Shown piece by piece: positions 63,295 through 64,000 of a DNA stretch of 64,000 nucleotides. The notes beneath the pieces were generated by a model. The model ran no database searches. It was not told the DNA's origin and worked only from the letters and a program-made list of their open reading frames with translations. This DNA comes from an uncultured delta proteobacterium (GTDB lineage Bacteria > Desulfobacterota > Binatia > UBA9968). The position numbers and the translations under genes were made by a program. The stretch spans positions 1-64,000 of the forward strand of contig CAVWLW010000009.1 of assembly GCA_963755715.1 (NCBI GenBank), in the 5' to 3' direction. Numbering within the stretch: position 1 is the stretch's first letter; each line of letters starts with the position of its first letter.

Positions 63295-64000
63295 TCACCC
63301 ATTCGCCGCCGGCGCATCGACGTTAATATCCCGTAGCTTCGGCATGACCTTGTCGGCAAACAGCTTCATGCTCTTCTCCGTATACTCGCGCGGCGCGTTG
63401 CCGACGGAGAAATTTGCGATCAGCAGGCCGAATCCCACCTTCTTCGCATAATCTTCGAGCCGCTGGCGCACCGTCTCCGGGCTGCCGACGATCACGTATC
63501 CCGCGTCGTCCACTTCCTTCCACGTGGACAAATTCGATGGCCGCGACTCGAGCCGCCGCTTCATCATGCCCATTACGCTGGCGATCGACGTATGTCCGGG
63601 CGGCATGCTTAACTGCACCGGCTGCTTTAGAAGATTGCGCGCATAGTACCAATAGTGCGGCTCGTATTCGCGCCGCGCTTGCTCGTCCGTATCGCTGACG
63701 TAAATACCGATGCCCCAGCCGATTTGCGTATGACGAACCGTGTATCCCGCTTTGCTGCAACATTGGGAAAAATATTCGGCCGCTTGGCGACGTAGCTCGA
63801 ACGGCGCCAGGGTCGGCAGAACCATATACGTATATTTCTGCTTGGCCACCCACTCCATCGTTTCGGAGCTGCCGGAGCCGGGAATCCAGATCGGCGGATG
63901 AGGCTTCTGATACGGCCGCGGCCAGACGTTGATATAGCGGAAGCGATAATGCGTGCCGTCCCAACTGAACGGTCCTTCCGTGGTCCACGCTTTGATGATC
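63295..64000 (-). CDS. LLM-class flavin-dependent oxidoreductase (luciferase-like), 5' truncated
   Basis: NVWPRPYQKPHPPIWIPGSGS, IVGSPETVRQRL, SMKLFADKVMP. Confidence 0.93.
   Translation of the reverse strand, partial: IIKAWTTEGPFSWDGTHYRFRYINVWPRPYQKPHPPIWIPGSGSSETMEWVAKQKYTYMVLPTLAPFELRRQAAEYFSQCCSKAGYTVRHTQIGWGIGIYVSDTDEQARREYEPHYWYYARNLLKQPVQLSMPPGHTSIASVMGMMKRRLESRPSNLSTWKEVDDAGYVIVGSPETVRQRLEDYAKKVGFGLLIANFSVGNAPREYTEKSMKLFADKVMPKLRDINVDAPAANG

Noticed and set aside
1-64000. About 20 frameshifted genes read as mass pseudogenisation or programmed frameshifting
   Set aside because: Breaks are single-base indels, several in homopolymers, and hit normally essential lnt while residues stay conserved on both sides. 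Uncorrected long-read error is the simpler explanation.

Overview
Bacterial (diderm) chromosomal window, about 57% GC by eye. The gene repertoire (many orphan NMT1/SsuA binding proteins, amidohydrolase, VOC, M24, LLM and Cox-like genes, dense palindromic repeats) is typical of Candidatus Binatia/Binatota; this taxonomy is inference only. About 20 genes are split by single-base frameshifts, most likely long-read assembly errors. Layout: 1-3.9 kb is a higher-GC hybrid histidine kinase plus MBL-REC module. 3.9-13.2 kb is an accessory patchwork with two tRNA-Gly-like 3' halves, gene scraps, an AsmA-like gene, Ku and a ligD remnant. 13.4-21.6 kb is housekeeping and metabolic (fabI, pduO-type, APC permease). 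21.7-33.4 kb is an ABC uptake plus VOC/non-canonical M24 cluster. 33.5-40.2 kb holds lnt, Nudix, nth, LVIVD, SDR and a LigAB dioxygenase. 40.4-46.5 kb is an island of small and envelope genes, including a 49-aa C2H2 zinc-finger ORF behind a sigma54-type promoter. 47-64 kb is a minus-strand catabolic cluster (LLM, hydrolase, OsmC, UbiD, M29/NicX-like, Mo-hydroxylase L/S/M, two bicupins, five SBPs). I saw no CRISPR array, rRNA, intact tRNA, integrase or transposase. No new system can be proven from sequence alone; the best leads are in findings.
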